This document shows, one piece after another, positions 16,264 through 25,443 of a stretch of DNA of 31,674 bases. This DNA comes from Candidatus Latescibacterota bacterium. Lineage in GTDB: Bacteria; Latescibacterota; UBA2968. The position numbers and the translations under genes were made by a program. The notes beneath the pieces are model-generated. The model worked only from the letters and a program-made list of their open reading frames with translations, was not told the DNA's origin and did no database searches. Every line of letters begins with the position of its first letter. Position 1 is the first letter of the stretch. The stretch spans positions 1-31,674 of the forward strand of contig JAYODI010000070.1 in assembly GCA_038279365.1 (NCBI GenBank), read 5' to 3'.

Positions 16264-17607
16264 TTATGACGTTATTTCATCCGATTTGCGAACCAAAACA
16301 TGGCTGCCTTCAACTTCTATCACTTTGATGGGGGTATTCTTTTCCAAAAAACGGCCTTCTGTAGCCACGCTAACTCTGCGCCCATTAAACTCCCCAGTGC
16401 CACCTGGGCGCAAATCGGTTAAGGCAATGCCCGTTGCGCCTTTGAGGTCTTCATAAGGGGATGTGCGATACCCATCGGAGGCTTTTTCTTCTGTGGTTAA
16501 GACCACGCGTTCCCAAAAAGCAGACCGAGGTAAGGCACGGATCATAATGATGGCGAGCAGGGTGGTTAAAATAAGCGCCGCCAATAAGGGGGTTAAGGCA
16601 TCACTTACAGAACCCCATGTCCATAGCTCTGTGCGACCCATGAGGCTTAAAAAGAGGCTGACCATCATCAGGCCAATGCCAGGGATGCCAAGCACGCCAA
16701 AACCTGCGATAAAAAAGAGATCGACAAAAACCAAAATGGCACCAAGTAAAAAGAGCAAAATTTCACTCCAGTCGGCAAGGTGTACCAAAAGATGGCTGCC
16801 AAAGAATAATCCCAAACAAATAAGCCCTAAGGTGCCACCAATGCCCCACCCAGGACTTTGAATTTCAAAAATGAGCCCTAAGAATCCGAGTGACATCAGC
16901 AAGGATGCCACAACGGGAAATGTCAGCCAACGCACAATGACTTCTGTCCAATTGGTGGTTTGGCGCAAAATGTTGGCATCTTCGAGGTTATAATGTTTAA
17001 GTACGGCAACGAGCTGTTCAGACCGCTTGGCCTCTGTGATTTTGTGTTCGGCAATGCCTTGTTCAACAGCTTCATCTGTGGTCAATGTCAGCAATTTGCC
17101 TTTGGGGGCAAGTCCTTCAATATCCACGTCTTCATCTACCATGCCTTCGGCCAATTTGGATGATCGACCTGTTTTTTCGGCTGTGGCTTTCATTTCGTTT
17201 CGAAAATAAGAGATGATTTTTTCACTGGCTTTGTTGCCTTGCATGTCTACGGCTGTGGCCGCACCAATGGTGCCACCATCAATCATGACAATGTGGTCGG
17301 TGGCCAGTGAGATGAGTGCACCCGCAGAGATGGCGCGCGGGTTGATGAAGGCAATGGTTTTGATGTCGCTATACAAGATGGCGTCGCGAATGGTTAATGC
17401 GGCATCGAGTGCACCACCTGGTGTATCAATTTCGAAGATGACTGCGGCAACATCGTTTTTTTCTGCCTCGGTCATCACACGGGTCACAAAGGCCGCCACC
17501 CCTCGTTCTATGGTGCCGTTAATGGGCGCAACATACACCTCTTCGGCTGTGGCGATGCTTTGGATCATCAAAAAACTAAGGCATAAAAAGAGGAAATGTT
17601 TCATCAT
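16264..17607 (-). CDS. nfeD: NfeD/YqeZ membrane-bound ClpP-class serine protease
   Basis: IDTPGG, AISAGALI, TM bundle and C-terminal OB-fold (G.ALTDLRPGG); adjacent to floA. Confidence 0.92.
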   Translation of the reverse strand: MMKHFLFLCLSFLMIQSIATAEEVYVAPINGTIERGVAAFVTRVMTEAEKNDVAAVIFEIDTPGGALDAALTIRDAILYSDIKTIAFINPRAISAGALISLATDHIVMIDGGTIGAATAVDMQGNKASEKIISYFRNEMKATAEKTGRSSKLAEGMVDEDVDIEGLAPKGKLLTLTTDEAVEQGIAEHKITEAKRSEQLVAVLKHYNLEDANILRQTTNWTEVIVRWLTFPVVASLLMSLGFLGLIFEIQSPGWGIGGTLGLICLGLFFGSHLLVHLADWSEILLFLLGAILVFVDLFFIAGFGVLGIPGIGLMMVSLFLSLMGRTELWTWGSVSDALTPLLAALILTTLLAIIMIRALPRSAFWERVVLTTEEKASDGYRTSPYEDLKGATGIALTDLRPGGTGEFNGRRVSVATEGRFLEKNTPIKVIEVEGSHVLVRKSDEITS

Positions 17608-17742
17608 ATTTCTCCAAATGGTGTCTTACCTCTTATGTACCATATATAATAGGGTCTGTCAATGGATATAAAATGGTGAAATGGCAGATGGCAAAAGGCA
17701 AATGTGTTCTTGGGGTGGCAGATCGCGTGCGGTGGAAGGGTA

Positions 17743-17772
17743 TTGACAAGTGCGTGGTGACCGGGTTAATCT
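17743..17772 (+). promoter_or_regulatory. Possible sigma70 promoter for the PhyH-family gene
   Basis: TTGACA-N18-TAATCT. Confidence 0.35.
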
Positions 17773-17902
17773 ATGCTTTATTTCTCTCATGGGGTTAGCT
17801 ATATTGGAATTTCATGTTCAGGTATTAAACGTGCAGTTATTGTGCAAAATGGCAAGGAATTGAAAAGCGTTTTTTAATTCCCAATAACAGAGGGTTTGGA
17901 TT

Positions 17903-18790
17903 ATGGCTGATTATCAAGTTTTAACAGATGAGCAGGCAGAACAATTTTTACGTGAAGGGTATGTGAAGATTGAAGGGTGTTTTGAGAAGGCCGATGTACA
18001 AGATTGGCTCGATTTTGCGTTTGAAAGATTGGGCTATGATGCACAAGACCCATCCACTTGGGCCGAAGAGCGCATTCATATGCCGTCGATGAACCAAGTA
18101 AATGTGGCCGAATTTTCTCCCAAAGCATGGGGCGCCATTTGTGATTTGATGGGTGGGGCGGAACGCATTAAAACGCCTGTCACTTGGCGAGATGGGTTTA
18201 TTGTGAATTTTAAGCAGGGAAATGGTGAGCCCTGGGAGCCGCCTTCCCCGCATGTGAAGGGCTGGCACAAAGATGGGGATTGGTTTCGGCACTTTTTAGA
18301 CAGCCCAGAGCAAGGGTTGTTGACGATCATTTTGTGGGATGATGTGTTGCCCCAAAGTGGTGGCACATTTGTGGCCACCGATTCGGTGGGCCCTATTGCA
18401 CGTTATTTGGTGAATTATCCCGAAGGGCTAACACCCAAAGATGGGGCATTTGGGAAGTTGATTGATCAGTGTGAACATTTTGTAGAGGCCACAGGCAAAG
18501 TGGGTGATGTCTTTTTGTTGCACCCTTATATTTTGCACGCGTCCTCTCGAAACCCGTCGGGTCGGGCGCGGTTTATTACCAACCCCGCTGTGTCGTTTAA
18601 CGAGCCTATGAACTTTAATCGTGAAAATGCGGATGATTATTGTCTGGTTGAAAAGGCGGTGTTGCGGGCTTTGGATGTGGATCGGTTGGATTTTCAAATT
18701 ACGAGAGAACGCGAGCGCATTGTTCCCGAACGTGTGGCCCGCCAACAAAAGATGTTGGAAGAGCAAAAAGCCCGCTTGGGTGTGGCGTAA
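17903..18790 (+). CDS. Phytanoyl-CoA dioxygenase (PhyH) family Fe(II)/2-oxoglutarate oxygenase
   Basis: F..EGYV start, WHKD (HxD), GGT, GDV.LLHP.ILHASS.N.....R facial-triad and 2OG motifs. Confidence 0.88.
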   Translation: MADYQVLTDEQAEQFLREGYVKIEGCFEKADVQDWLDFAFERLGYDAQDPSTWAEERIHMPSMNQVNVAEFSPKAWGAICDLMGGAERIKTPVTWRDGFIVNFKQGNGEPWEPPSPHVKGWHKDGDWFRHFLDSPEQGLLTIILWDDVLPQSGGTFVATDSVGPIARYLVNYPEGLTPKDGAFGKLIDQCEHFVEATGKVGDVFLLHPYILHASSRNPSGRARFITNPAVSFNEPMNFNRENADDYCLVEKAVLRALDVDRLDFQITRERERIVPERVARQQKMLEEQKARLGVA

Positions 18791-18794
18791 AGGG

Positions 18795-18888
18795 TGGCAA
18801 AAGGCAAATGTGAAACGGCAAACGTGGCGCATGCACCGCTTTGGGGGGAAGGGATGGGCCTTTTGCCATTTGCTGTCTGCCGTTTCAC
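18795..18888. repeat. 7-bp tandem repeats with an inverted partner array
   Basis: TGGCAAA-AGGCAAA-TGTGAAA-CGGCAAA (18795-18822) and TTTGCCA-TTTGCTG-TCTGCCG-TTTCAC (18862-18888); a related copy lies at 17676-17706. Confidence 0.75.
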
Positions 18889-18901
18889 TGCTTTTGAAGT
18901 C

Positions 18902-18930
18902 TTGACAAAAAAAAGGCTTTCCTGTATTTT
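18902..18930 (+). promoter_or_regulatory. sigma70 promoter of tRNA-Met
   Basis: TTGACA-N17-TATTTT, 23 bp before the tRNA. Confidence 0.6.
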
Positions 18931-18953
18931 TGGTCACCTTGGATTTATAATGT

Positions 18954-19029
18954 GGCGGCATAGCTCAGTTGGTAGAGCAGCGGAATCATAATCCGTAGGT
19001 CGGGGGTTCAAGTCCCTCTGCCGCTACCA
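18954..19029 (+). tRNA. tRNA-Met (anticodon CAT, probably elongator)
   Basis: GGCGGCA...TGCCGCT-ACCA acceptor, anticodon arm GCGGA-ATCATAA-TCCGT, TTCAAGT T-loop; 76 nt; lacks initiator C1:A72 and the three G-C pairs. Ile2 cannot be fully excluded. Confidence 0.93.
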
Positions 19030-19037
19030 TGAAAATG

Positions 19038-19077
19038 AAAGCGCAACAGACTGTTTTAGAGTCTGTTGCGCTTTTTT
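19038..19077 (+). terminator. Intrinsic terminator after tRNA-Met
   Basis: AAAGCGCAACAGACT/AGTCTGTTGCGCTTT stem plus T-tail. Confidence 0.88.
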
Positions 19078-19338
19078 GTGTTTGATTGTTTTGGGCGTGT
19101 ATGTATTTGATACAGCAGTAAATTGACTTGGTCAAAAGACTTACCTTATGTGGTGTTTTGGCGATGGGGGTGAATGTTATTTTGAGGATTTTGTGTATAA
19201 AATATTGTTAATAATATTATTATGATATTTTTTTGCAGTGGCCTGACTATTGCTTTTATATTTTTGTTTGCAGAGAAGTGAATCTCATAACCATACATCA
19301 TTTGCGTATCCAACGATTGAGAGGATGGATATCGTTCT

Positions 19339-21960
19339 GTGACCAATAAACAATTGGAACAAAAGCTTTTTGCCTTAGAAGCTGAGAATCGGACTCAAAA
19401 AGGTCTGCTTCACATTCAGCAAGCCGTTCAAGAAATGGTGCGTCCACAAGATTTGGAACGCGTGATGCAGGTGTGTTTGGAAGAAACCAATCACATGGTT
19501 TCGGATATTTGTTCCATTGCCCTGCACTTGGTTGTTGATGATGAACATTGTCTTGTAGAAACATATCGCTTTGGTCTTCGGGGCTCAATCACAATGGGTG
19601 AACGTAGAAAATCTTCTTTTTTGACCCAGTGTTGGAAAAAAGGCGAAATGGACAATATGACAGATGTGCAGTTGGGGGAAGATTGGAATGTACGCCGAGT
19701 TAGAGAGAATTTTGGTGGTCTCTTGATTCGCAGTTATTTAGATGTGCCATTTACGCTTGGTGTCATATCGGTGCACAGTTTAAAGCCCAATGCATTTTCG
19801 CAGGCACATGAAGATATTTTGGTGCAAATAGGAAAGATTTTTTCTGCAGGCATTGCACGTATGCATGAGCTTGAACAAGTGGAAGATCGGTTGCGGTTGG
19901 AGCAGGTGTATCGCAATGTTGCGCATATGGCTTTGTCATCTTTGAATTTAGACGGTGTGCTGGATAACTTGGGTATTCATATTGTTCAAGCAGATATTTT
20001 TAAAACATTATCTATTTCTCTTGTGGATTATGATCACAACCAAGTCGAAGTTGTGCGCAGTTTTGTTTGTGAAGGCGAAGGTGTAACGGTTCACAAAGAA
20101 CACCATGGCATGGGCATTCGGTATGGATTGGATGCAACAGATCCAATTGCCATAGTTGCCCGTACGGGCGAGTTTTTGATGATCGAAGGATATGATAAAC
20201 GCTTTACAACAACCCGTGCGCCAAAACATTTTGCCAATAAAGCTTTTTATTTTATTCCGGTGGTGGCCAAAGATAAGACCATTGCTGTTTTGGCTACCAG
20301 CAGTCCATTAGAAAAAAAAGAAGAGATGTTAAAAAATATCGATGCCATACAGCCCCTGCTTGATCAGGTGATATTGGCCATTGAACATGCTCGACTTTAC
20401 GAATATGCTCAAAATGAAATTCAGACCCGAATACAGGCAGAAGAAGCTTTGAAATCGTCAAAACAACGTTATCAAGCCATTGTTGAAACCGCTGTTGATG
20501 CCATTATTACAATAGACGAATATGGAATGATCGAAGCGACAAATCCTGCTACAGATAAACAATTTGGTTATGCACCAAATGAATTGATTGGGCAAAATAT
20601 TAAGGTATTGATGCCAGAACCTTATTGTTTAGAACACGATGGCTATTTAAGAAACCATCAATTAACGGGCCAAAAAAAAATTATAGGAATCGGGCGTGAA
20701 GTGGTGGGGTTGCGAAAGGATAAAACAACATTTCCTTTGCATTTGGCTGTGACTGAATCGCATATAGGAAATCAAAAAAAATATACGGGTATTCTTCGTG
20801 ACCTTACGAAAGAGAAACAGAGAGAGCAAGAGTTTGTCAAACTCCAACGCCTTCGAGCGGTTAGTGAACTGTCTGCAGGTGTGAGTCACAATCTAAACAA
20901 TATGCTGGTGGGTATTAAGGGACCAGCTGAGTTTTTAAAAATGAAAAACAACAATCCCGAAGTTTTGGAATATGCAGATGATATTTTGACGGCAGCGCTC
21001 AGGGCCCGAGATTTGGTGCAAAGACTGCACCAATCCACTCGGAGTACTCAGCCCATTGCATTGGCGTCTGTGCATATTGACACACTTATTACCGAAGCCC
21101 TTCATCAAACCCGGCCCAGATGGAAAGATGAAGCAGAAGCCAAAGGGATTGTGATTGAAATAGAAACTTGTTTGGGGCAAGTGCCGCCTGTAAAGGCAAC
21201 ACAGTCTGAGATGAGTGATATTTTTGTCAATTTGATATTTAATGCTGTGGACGCGTTGCCTAAAGGAGGCAAGATCAACATTCAAACAGAATGTGTTGGA
21301 GATGAGGTGATATTGACTTTTGCAGACACGGGCATTGGCATGGATGAAGAAATCAGAAAACGGATTTTTGAGCCGTTTTTTACGACCAAAACAAATGTGG
21401 GAACGAGGTTAGGTTTGTCTACGATTTACAACTCATTACACCATTGGGATAGTCGTATAGAGGTTGACAGTGAAGTGGGGGAGGGGACAACCTTTCGCAT
21501 CTATTTTCAGGCTTATCCAGACGTAATTAAACAAGAAGCTGTGATGCCCGTAAGAAGTGGGCGACCTGGTAAGATTTTGATTGTGGAAGACGATGATGTG
21601 GTCAGAAAAACATTGTCTCAAATGTTGTCGGCTTATCACAAAGTAACGGTTTTTTCCGATGGTGAAAAAGCATTGGAAACATATGCACCTGGATATTATG
21701 ATGTTGCAATTATTGACTTGGGTATTCCCAAAATATCTGGCGACCAAGTGGCTCAACGGATGCGGTTGCGAGATTCTTTTTTGGCTACCATTATGATTTC
21801 TGGATGGGTCCTCGAAGCGAACGACCCGCGTTTGGATCTGTTTGATTTTCAGCTTCAAAAACCATTTGCATCGCCACAAAATTTGTACGATATGATAGAT
21901 CATGCCATACGGCTTTACGATCAGCGTGTGATGCAAAATGGGGCAGACATATCAATTTAG
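19339..21960 (+). CDS. Cytoplasmic hybrid sensor histidine kinase (GAF-GAF-PAS-HisKA-HATPase-REC) with a FixL-like PAS domain
   Basis: Two GAF-like regions; PAS LMPEPY..EHDGYL...IIGIGREVVG.RKD.TTFP; H-box AGVSHNLNN; N-box NLIFNAVDA; DTGIGM; FEPFFTTK; REC (IVEDD, IIDLGIP, LQKP); no TM segment; GTG start after GAGGA. Confidence 0.9.
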   Translation: MTNKQLEQKLFALEAENRTQKGLLHIQQAVQEMVRPQDLERVMQVCLEETNHMVSDICSIALHLVVDDEHCLVETYRFGLRGSITMGERRKSSFLTQCWKKGEMDNMTDVQLGEDWNVRRVRENFGGLLIRSYLDVPFTLGVISVHSLKPNAFSQAHEDILVQIGKIFSAGIARMHELEQVEDRLRLEQVYRNVAHMALSSLNLDGVLDNLGIHIVQADIFKTLSISLVDYDHNQVEVVRSFVCEGEGVTVHKEHHGMGIRYGLDATDPIAIVARTGEFLMIEGYDKRFTTTRAPKHFANKAFYFIPVVAKDKTIAVLATSSPLEKKEEMLKNIDAIQPLLDQVILAIEHARLYEYAQNEIQTRIQAEEALKSSKQRYQAIVETAVDAIITIDEYGMIEATNPATDKQFGYAPNELIGQNIKVLMPEPYCLEHDGYLRNHQLTGQKKIIGIGREVVGLRKDKTTFPLHLAVTESHIGNQKKYTGILRDLTKEKQREQEFVKLQRLRAVSELSAGVSHNLNNMLVGIKGPAEFLKMKNNNPEVLEYADDILTAALRARDLVQRLHQSTRSTQPIALASVHIDTLITEALHQTRPRWKDEAEAKGIVIEIETCLGQVPPVKATQSEMSDIFVNLIFNAVDALPKGGKINIQTECVGDEVILTFADTGIGMDEEIRKRIFEPFFTTKTNVGTRLGLSTIYNSLHHWDSRIEVDSEVGEGTTFRIYFQAYPDVIKQEAVMPVRSGRPGKILIVEDDDVVRKTLSQMLSAYHKVTVFSDGEKALETYAPGYYDVAIIDLGIPKISGDQVAQRMRLRDSFLATIMISGWVLEANDPRLDLFDFQLQKPFASPQNLYDMIDHAIRLYDQRVMQNGADISI

Positions 21961-21970
21961 TCGATTACAG

Positions 21971-22010
21971 AAAAAGCCATCTGTCTCATTGAGATAGGTG
22001 GCTTTTTTTT
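21971..22010. terminator. Bidirectional intrinsic terminator between convergent genes
   Basis: AAAAAGCCATCTGTCTCA-T-TGAGATAGGTGGCTTTTTTTT. Confidence 0.85.
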
Positions 22011-22029
22011 ATGGCTTAGTGTGGAAGTT

Positions 22030-23280
22030 TTAAGGTTCTAAGATCATGCGAATTTCGGTGTGGTAATCGGTGTAGTGAATGTAGGTGCCGTGCATCCAGA
22101 GGACGCCTATTTTGTTGGCGGGATAATTGCGTGGAATGACGGGACGAACATTGAGTTTGGTTGAATTTTTTGTGATGGCTTGTGATGTCCAGGTTGTGCC
22201 ACCGTCAGATGTTTTCCAGCGTTCAATTTCGAAAATGCCGTTAATGGGGCGTGCGAGGTAAACAATGGATGGATCGGCGTGGTTGAGTGAAATGCCACCG
22301 GAGTATTCGGTTTCACGTTCTTGTTCACCGTTGGGTGTTTGCGGAAACCACTGACCGCCTGGCGTGATGTGATGTGTTTGCCAACCCTCGGGAGTATGAA
22401 TGGCATAGTGGTAGTGATGTTCGGTGACGGTGGGGATGGTGGTATAAACGAGAATGGGACTGCCGTTTTTGCCGAGGGCGATGTCCCAAATCCAGGCGCG
22501 TTTTTGGGTGGGTTTGGCATCATAGACCACATCGCTTTCTGAATGGGCAATGGGCAAGTTTTCTATGGTGCCAATTTGGGTGCCATCGGCGCGATAGAAT
22601 TTGCCTTTTTCGTATTTGATGTAGTAGACAGAATTGGTGGGTTCGTTGCGAGGATGACCGTCGTTAAAAGCAAAGTGAACGGTGGATTTGTTGTCGGAGA
22701 CGGCTTTGAGATATGGGCGAATGTTGGATGCTTCGCGGCCTTCTTCTTGAACGAGAATATGTGATGCTGACCAATGAATGCCATCTTTGGAAGTGGCAAA
22801 CGTGGGTTTCCAAGTGGGACCACGCCAGACCACGAAGTATAGACCTTCATCGGCAAGATAAGCGGGGTGACTGTAGGTAATGCGGTCGGTGTCTGATACG
22901 GTGACTTCATCTTGCCATTGGGTGATGTCTGCTGGGTTTAATGTGGTGCGACAATAGAGGCCTACTTTGTTGTGGCGGGCATAAAAGACCATGAGGCGGT
23001 TGTCGGGCAAGGTGAGAATAGACAAGGTGTTGTGATCATCTACATCCCAATTTTCTTCGAGGATAAATGTTTTTTTATCACCCGATTGCGGGTCATATGA
23101 TCCAATGATGAGTTTGCCATCGTGCGTCATCCAGCCAGCAAAGAGCTGGTTGTTGAGATACACGGCGCGTGGGTCTTGGAACCAACACCATGCGCCATCT
23201 GTGGTGAGGGTTTTTGTTTCACTGTGTGTCATTGTAGCCGCCATTAAAAAAGTGAATAGGAAAAATGTGATTTTGAGCAT
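22030..23280 (-). CDS. Secreted BNR-4 repeat (beta-propeller) protein
   Basis: Signal peptide from ATG 23280; DGAWCWFQDPRA, DDHN, TYSHP, RPYLK, WIWDIA, YSGG, TSDGGTTW (Asp-box). Confidence 0.82.
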   Translation of the reverse strand: MLKITFFLFTFLMAATMTHSETKTLTTDGAWCWFQDPRAVYLNNQLFAGWMTHDGKLIIGSYDPQSGDKKTFILEENWDVDDHNTLSILTLPDNRLMVFYARHNKVGLYCRTTLNPADITQWQDEVTVSDTDRITYSHPAYLADEGLYFVVWRGPTWKPTFATSKDGIHWSASHILVQEEGREASNIRPYLKAVSDNKSTVHFAFNDGHPRNEPTNSVYYIKYEKGKFYRADGTQIGTIENLPIAHSESDVVYDAKPTQKRAWIWDIALGKNGSPILVYTTIPTVTEHHYHYAIHTPEGWQTHHITPGGQWFPQTPNGEQERETEYSGGISLNHADPSIVYLARPINGIFEIERWKTSDGGTTWTSQAITKNSTKLNVRPVIPRNYPANKIGVLWMHGTYIHYTDYHTEIRMILEP

Positions 23281-23294
23281 AAAGAGCCTTGGGT

Positions 23295-24110
23295 TTAAAA
23301 TTCGTAATCGATCCACCACGTGGTATCCTGATTGGGTGCAATGGTGCGTTCGAGAAAAGGCTCCCAAGAAAATGTATTGGAATTTCCCCAAATGGGGAAA
23401 AAGGATGGGACATAACTACATGTGGCCCCCACAAGACCGAGAAGGGGGTGTTTTTGCAATAGGGTGAGGTTGGTGTGGGCATTGTGGGTGAGGGCTTGAT
23501 AAAAGCCTTTTTCCCAAGGCCAATCTTTGCGGCTGATGAAGCCATTGTCTAATTGTTCAAAACCAGGATTGTCTGGGAAGGTGACAGGTATGTTGAATTT
23601 GCACAATTCATCGGTGTGAGGTTGTGGGTAAAAAGGGTGTGGAAACCAGTTGATTGGGATAGGTAATTTGCCTGTGTTTTTGATGTGTGTATGTGAGCGA
23701 AGGGTTCGATTTTGAAGGGTAAGGGTGCGGGTGAGTTCTAAGGCAAATGAGTGATGGGTTTGTGTGGTGGTGAAGGTGATTGTGCTATCTGTTTTTTGGA
23801 TGTGCCACTGGCAAAATTGGGTGACAGTATTGTCTTGCAGGTTGCACAGACCAATGCCGATGATGAGGGCTGTGTGTGTGGGTGTTGTGGGCTCTTGAAG
23901 TGGCCCTTTGTTGAAGGCATCGGGCATGCCTTGTCCATCGAACCAGTTGAAGCTGTTGGGATAGGTTGGGCCAGAGAGCAGGTTGCCGTGTTTGGTATCG
24001 GTCACTTGAAAGATGTATCCGCCCGTACAATAGCGGGTGCCAAATCGTTCTTGGTCAGCAACAGGATCGAGTATAGAGATTTCGAGTGTTTCATTTTTGA
24101 GTGTGATCAT
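23295..24110 (-). CDS. Galactose mutarotase/aldose epimerase-like hypothetical protein
   Basis: Beta-rich; RTLTL....L....IKNTG..PI..NWFPHPFY and WEPF resemble aldose-epimerase superfamily motifs; sits within the operon. Confidence 0.55.
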   Translation of the reverse strand: MITLKNETLEISILDPVADQERFGTRYCTGGYIFQVTDTKHGNLLSGPTYPNSFNWFDGQGMPDAFNKGPLQEPTTPTHTALIIGIGLCNLQDNTVTQFCQWHIQKTDSTITFTTTQTHHSFALELTRTLTLQNRTLRSHTHIKNTGKLPIPINWFPHPFYPQPHTDELCKFNIPVTFPDNPGFEQLDNGFISRKDWPWEKGFYQALTHNAHTNLTLLQKHPLLGLVGATCSYVPSFFPIWGNSNTFSWEPFLERTIAPNQDTTWWIDYEF

Positions 24111-24127
24111 GTGATGTGCTTTCTAAA

Positions 24128-25399
24128 TTAGTCTGTAATCGCTTGGTAAATGAGGGTACGCAATTTGGCGTGGTCGTCTAAGCCGCGTGTGGGGCGCAGT
24201 TGGGTGCAGTATGATACCACCAATTGTTCTTTGGGATCGACCCAATAAATGTTGTGATAGGCACTGCCCCAGCCATATTCGCCAACAGAACCGGGTATGC
24301 CACGGGCGCCCACATCTTCAACAACAAAAAAGCCCAAACCAAATCGTTGCCCTGGGCGAAATGCGAGGGTGTCGATGTGGTTGGTGGTCATGAGTTCAAT
24401 GGTTTTGCGAGAGAGCAGTTGTTTGTTGTTAAATGTACCTCCGTTGAGAAGCATTTGTAAAAAAGTGGCATAATCTTGTGCTGTAGAAAGAAGCCCCGCA
24501 CCGCCAGAGAAGTTTTTGCGTGGGCCTTCTATGTAGTCGCCTTGACCTGATGCGCCATTTTTTTCTGGAGCACGTTTGAGACCGCTTGAGTCTGTGGCTG
24601 AATAAACCACTGCAAAGCGGTCTTTCTTTTTGGGTGGCAAAAAGAAATGCGTGTCTTTCATGTTGAGGGGGTCAAAAATATTTTCTTGAAGAAATTTGTC
24701 AAGCGGTTGGCCACTGACGCGTTCGATGAGGGCACCGAGAATGTCTGTGGAATACCCATAAACCCAACGCTCACCAGGTTGGGAATTAAATGGGAGTTTG
24801 GCCATGCGTGCAACCGTGTCGCCAATGGGCTCATCTCTGTGGGCAAAATACCAACCCGTGATGTTGGCTTCTTTCCACAGGTCGTTTGCTGGGCCATTTC
24901 CATAGCTCACACCAGAGGTGTGGGTGAGCAAGTCGCGAATGGTGATTTTGCGTTTGGCAGGGACAATGTCATAACCGCCCCCCTCTTTGGGTTGGGCAAC
25001 GGTGGTTTCATTAAATTCGGGTATGTATTTGCCCACGGGTTCTGCAATGAGGAGTTTGCCCTGTTCTTGGAGCATCATCACACCCACACTGATGATGGCT
25101 TTGCTTTGTGAGGCCAAGCGCACAATGGTGTTTTCTTGCATGGGCGCATTGGCTTCGCGGTCTCTTTGGCCAAAGGCTTTGAGGTAGGCAATTTTGCCTT
25201 TTCGTGCGATGAGAATAACGGCACCAGGGAGTTTGTCATTGTCGATATAATTTTGAAAGTGTTGGGTGAGGCGTTCTAAGCGTTTGGACGACATACCCAC
25301 CGTTTCGGGTTGGACGCGTGCCAAGTCTTGTGCAGATATGGGTGTGTAGATGATGCTCAGAATAAGTAAAAATGAGACAGGTAGGTGGCGTTTATACAT
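24128..25399 (-). CDS. Secreted serine hydrolase, beta-lactamase class C/EstB-like family
   Basis: Signal peptide; SxxK (ASQSK); ITIRDLLTHTSG; PG..W.YGYS; GGAGL.ST; YGWG. Confidence 0.9.
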   Translation of the reverse strand: MYKRHLPVSFLLILSIIYTPISAQDLARVQPETVGMSSKRLERLTQHFQNYIDNDKLPGAVILIARKGKIAYLKAFGQRDREANAPMQENTIVRLASQSKAIISVGVMMLQEQGKLLIAEPVGKYIPEFNETTVAQPKEGGGYDIVPAKRKITIRDLLTHTSGVSYGNGPANDLWKEANITGWYFAHRDEPIGDTVARMAKLPFNSQPGERWVYGYSTDILGALIERVSGQPLDKFLQENIFDPLNMKDTHFFLPPKKKDRFAVVYSATDSSGLKRAPEKNGASGQGDYIEGPRKNFSGGAGLLSTAQDYATFLQMLLNGGTFNNKQLLSRKTIELMTTNHIDTLAFRPGQRFGLGFFVVEDVGARGIPGSVGEYGWGSAYHNIYWVDPKEQLVVSYCTQLRPTRGLDDHAKLRTLIYQAITD

Positions 25400-25443
25400 C
25401 GCAGATTCCTTTGCTTGGAAAGGGTTATTGGGAAGAGGTGTGC

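Noticed and set aside
19080-21960. Mobile element integrated at tRNA-Met
   Set aside because: The region looks AT-richer, but no integrase, transposase or duplicated tRNA 3' end was seen.
24128-25399. Beta-lactam resistance gene (ampC)
   Set aside because: Motifs fit the broad esterase/serine hydrolase branch (no YxN or KTG of AmpC), and the context is catabolic.
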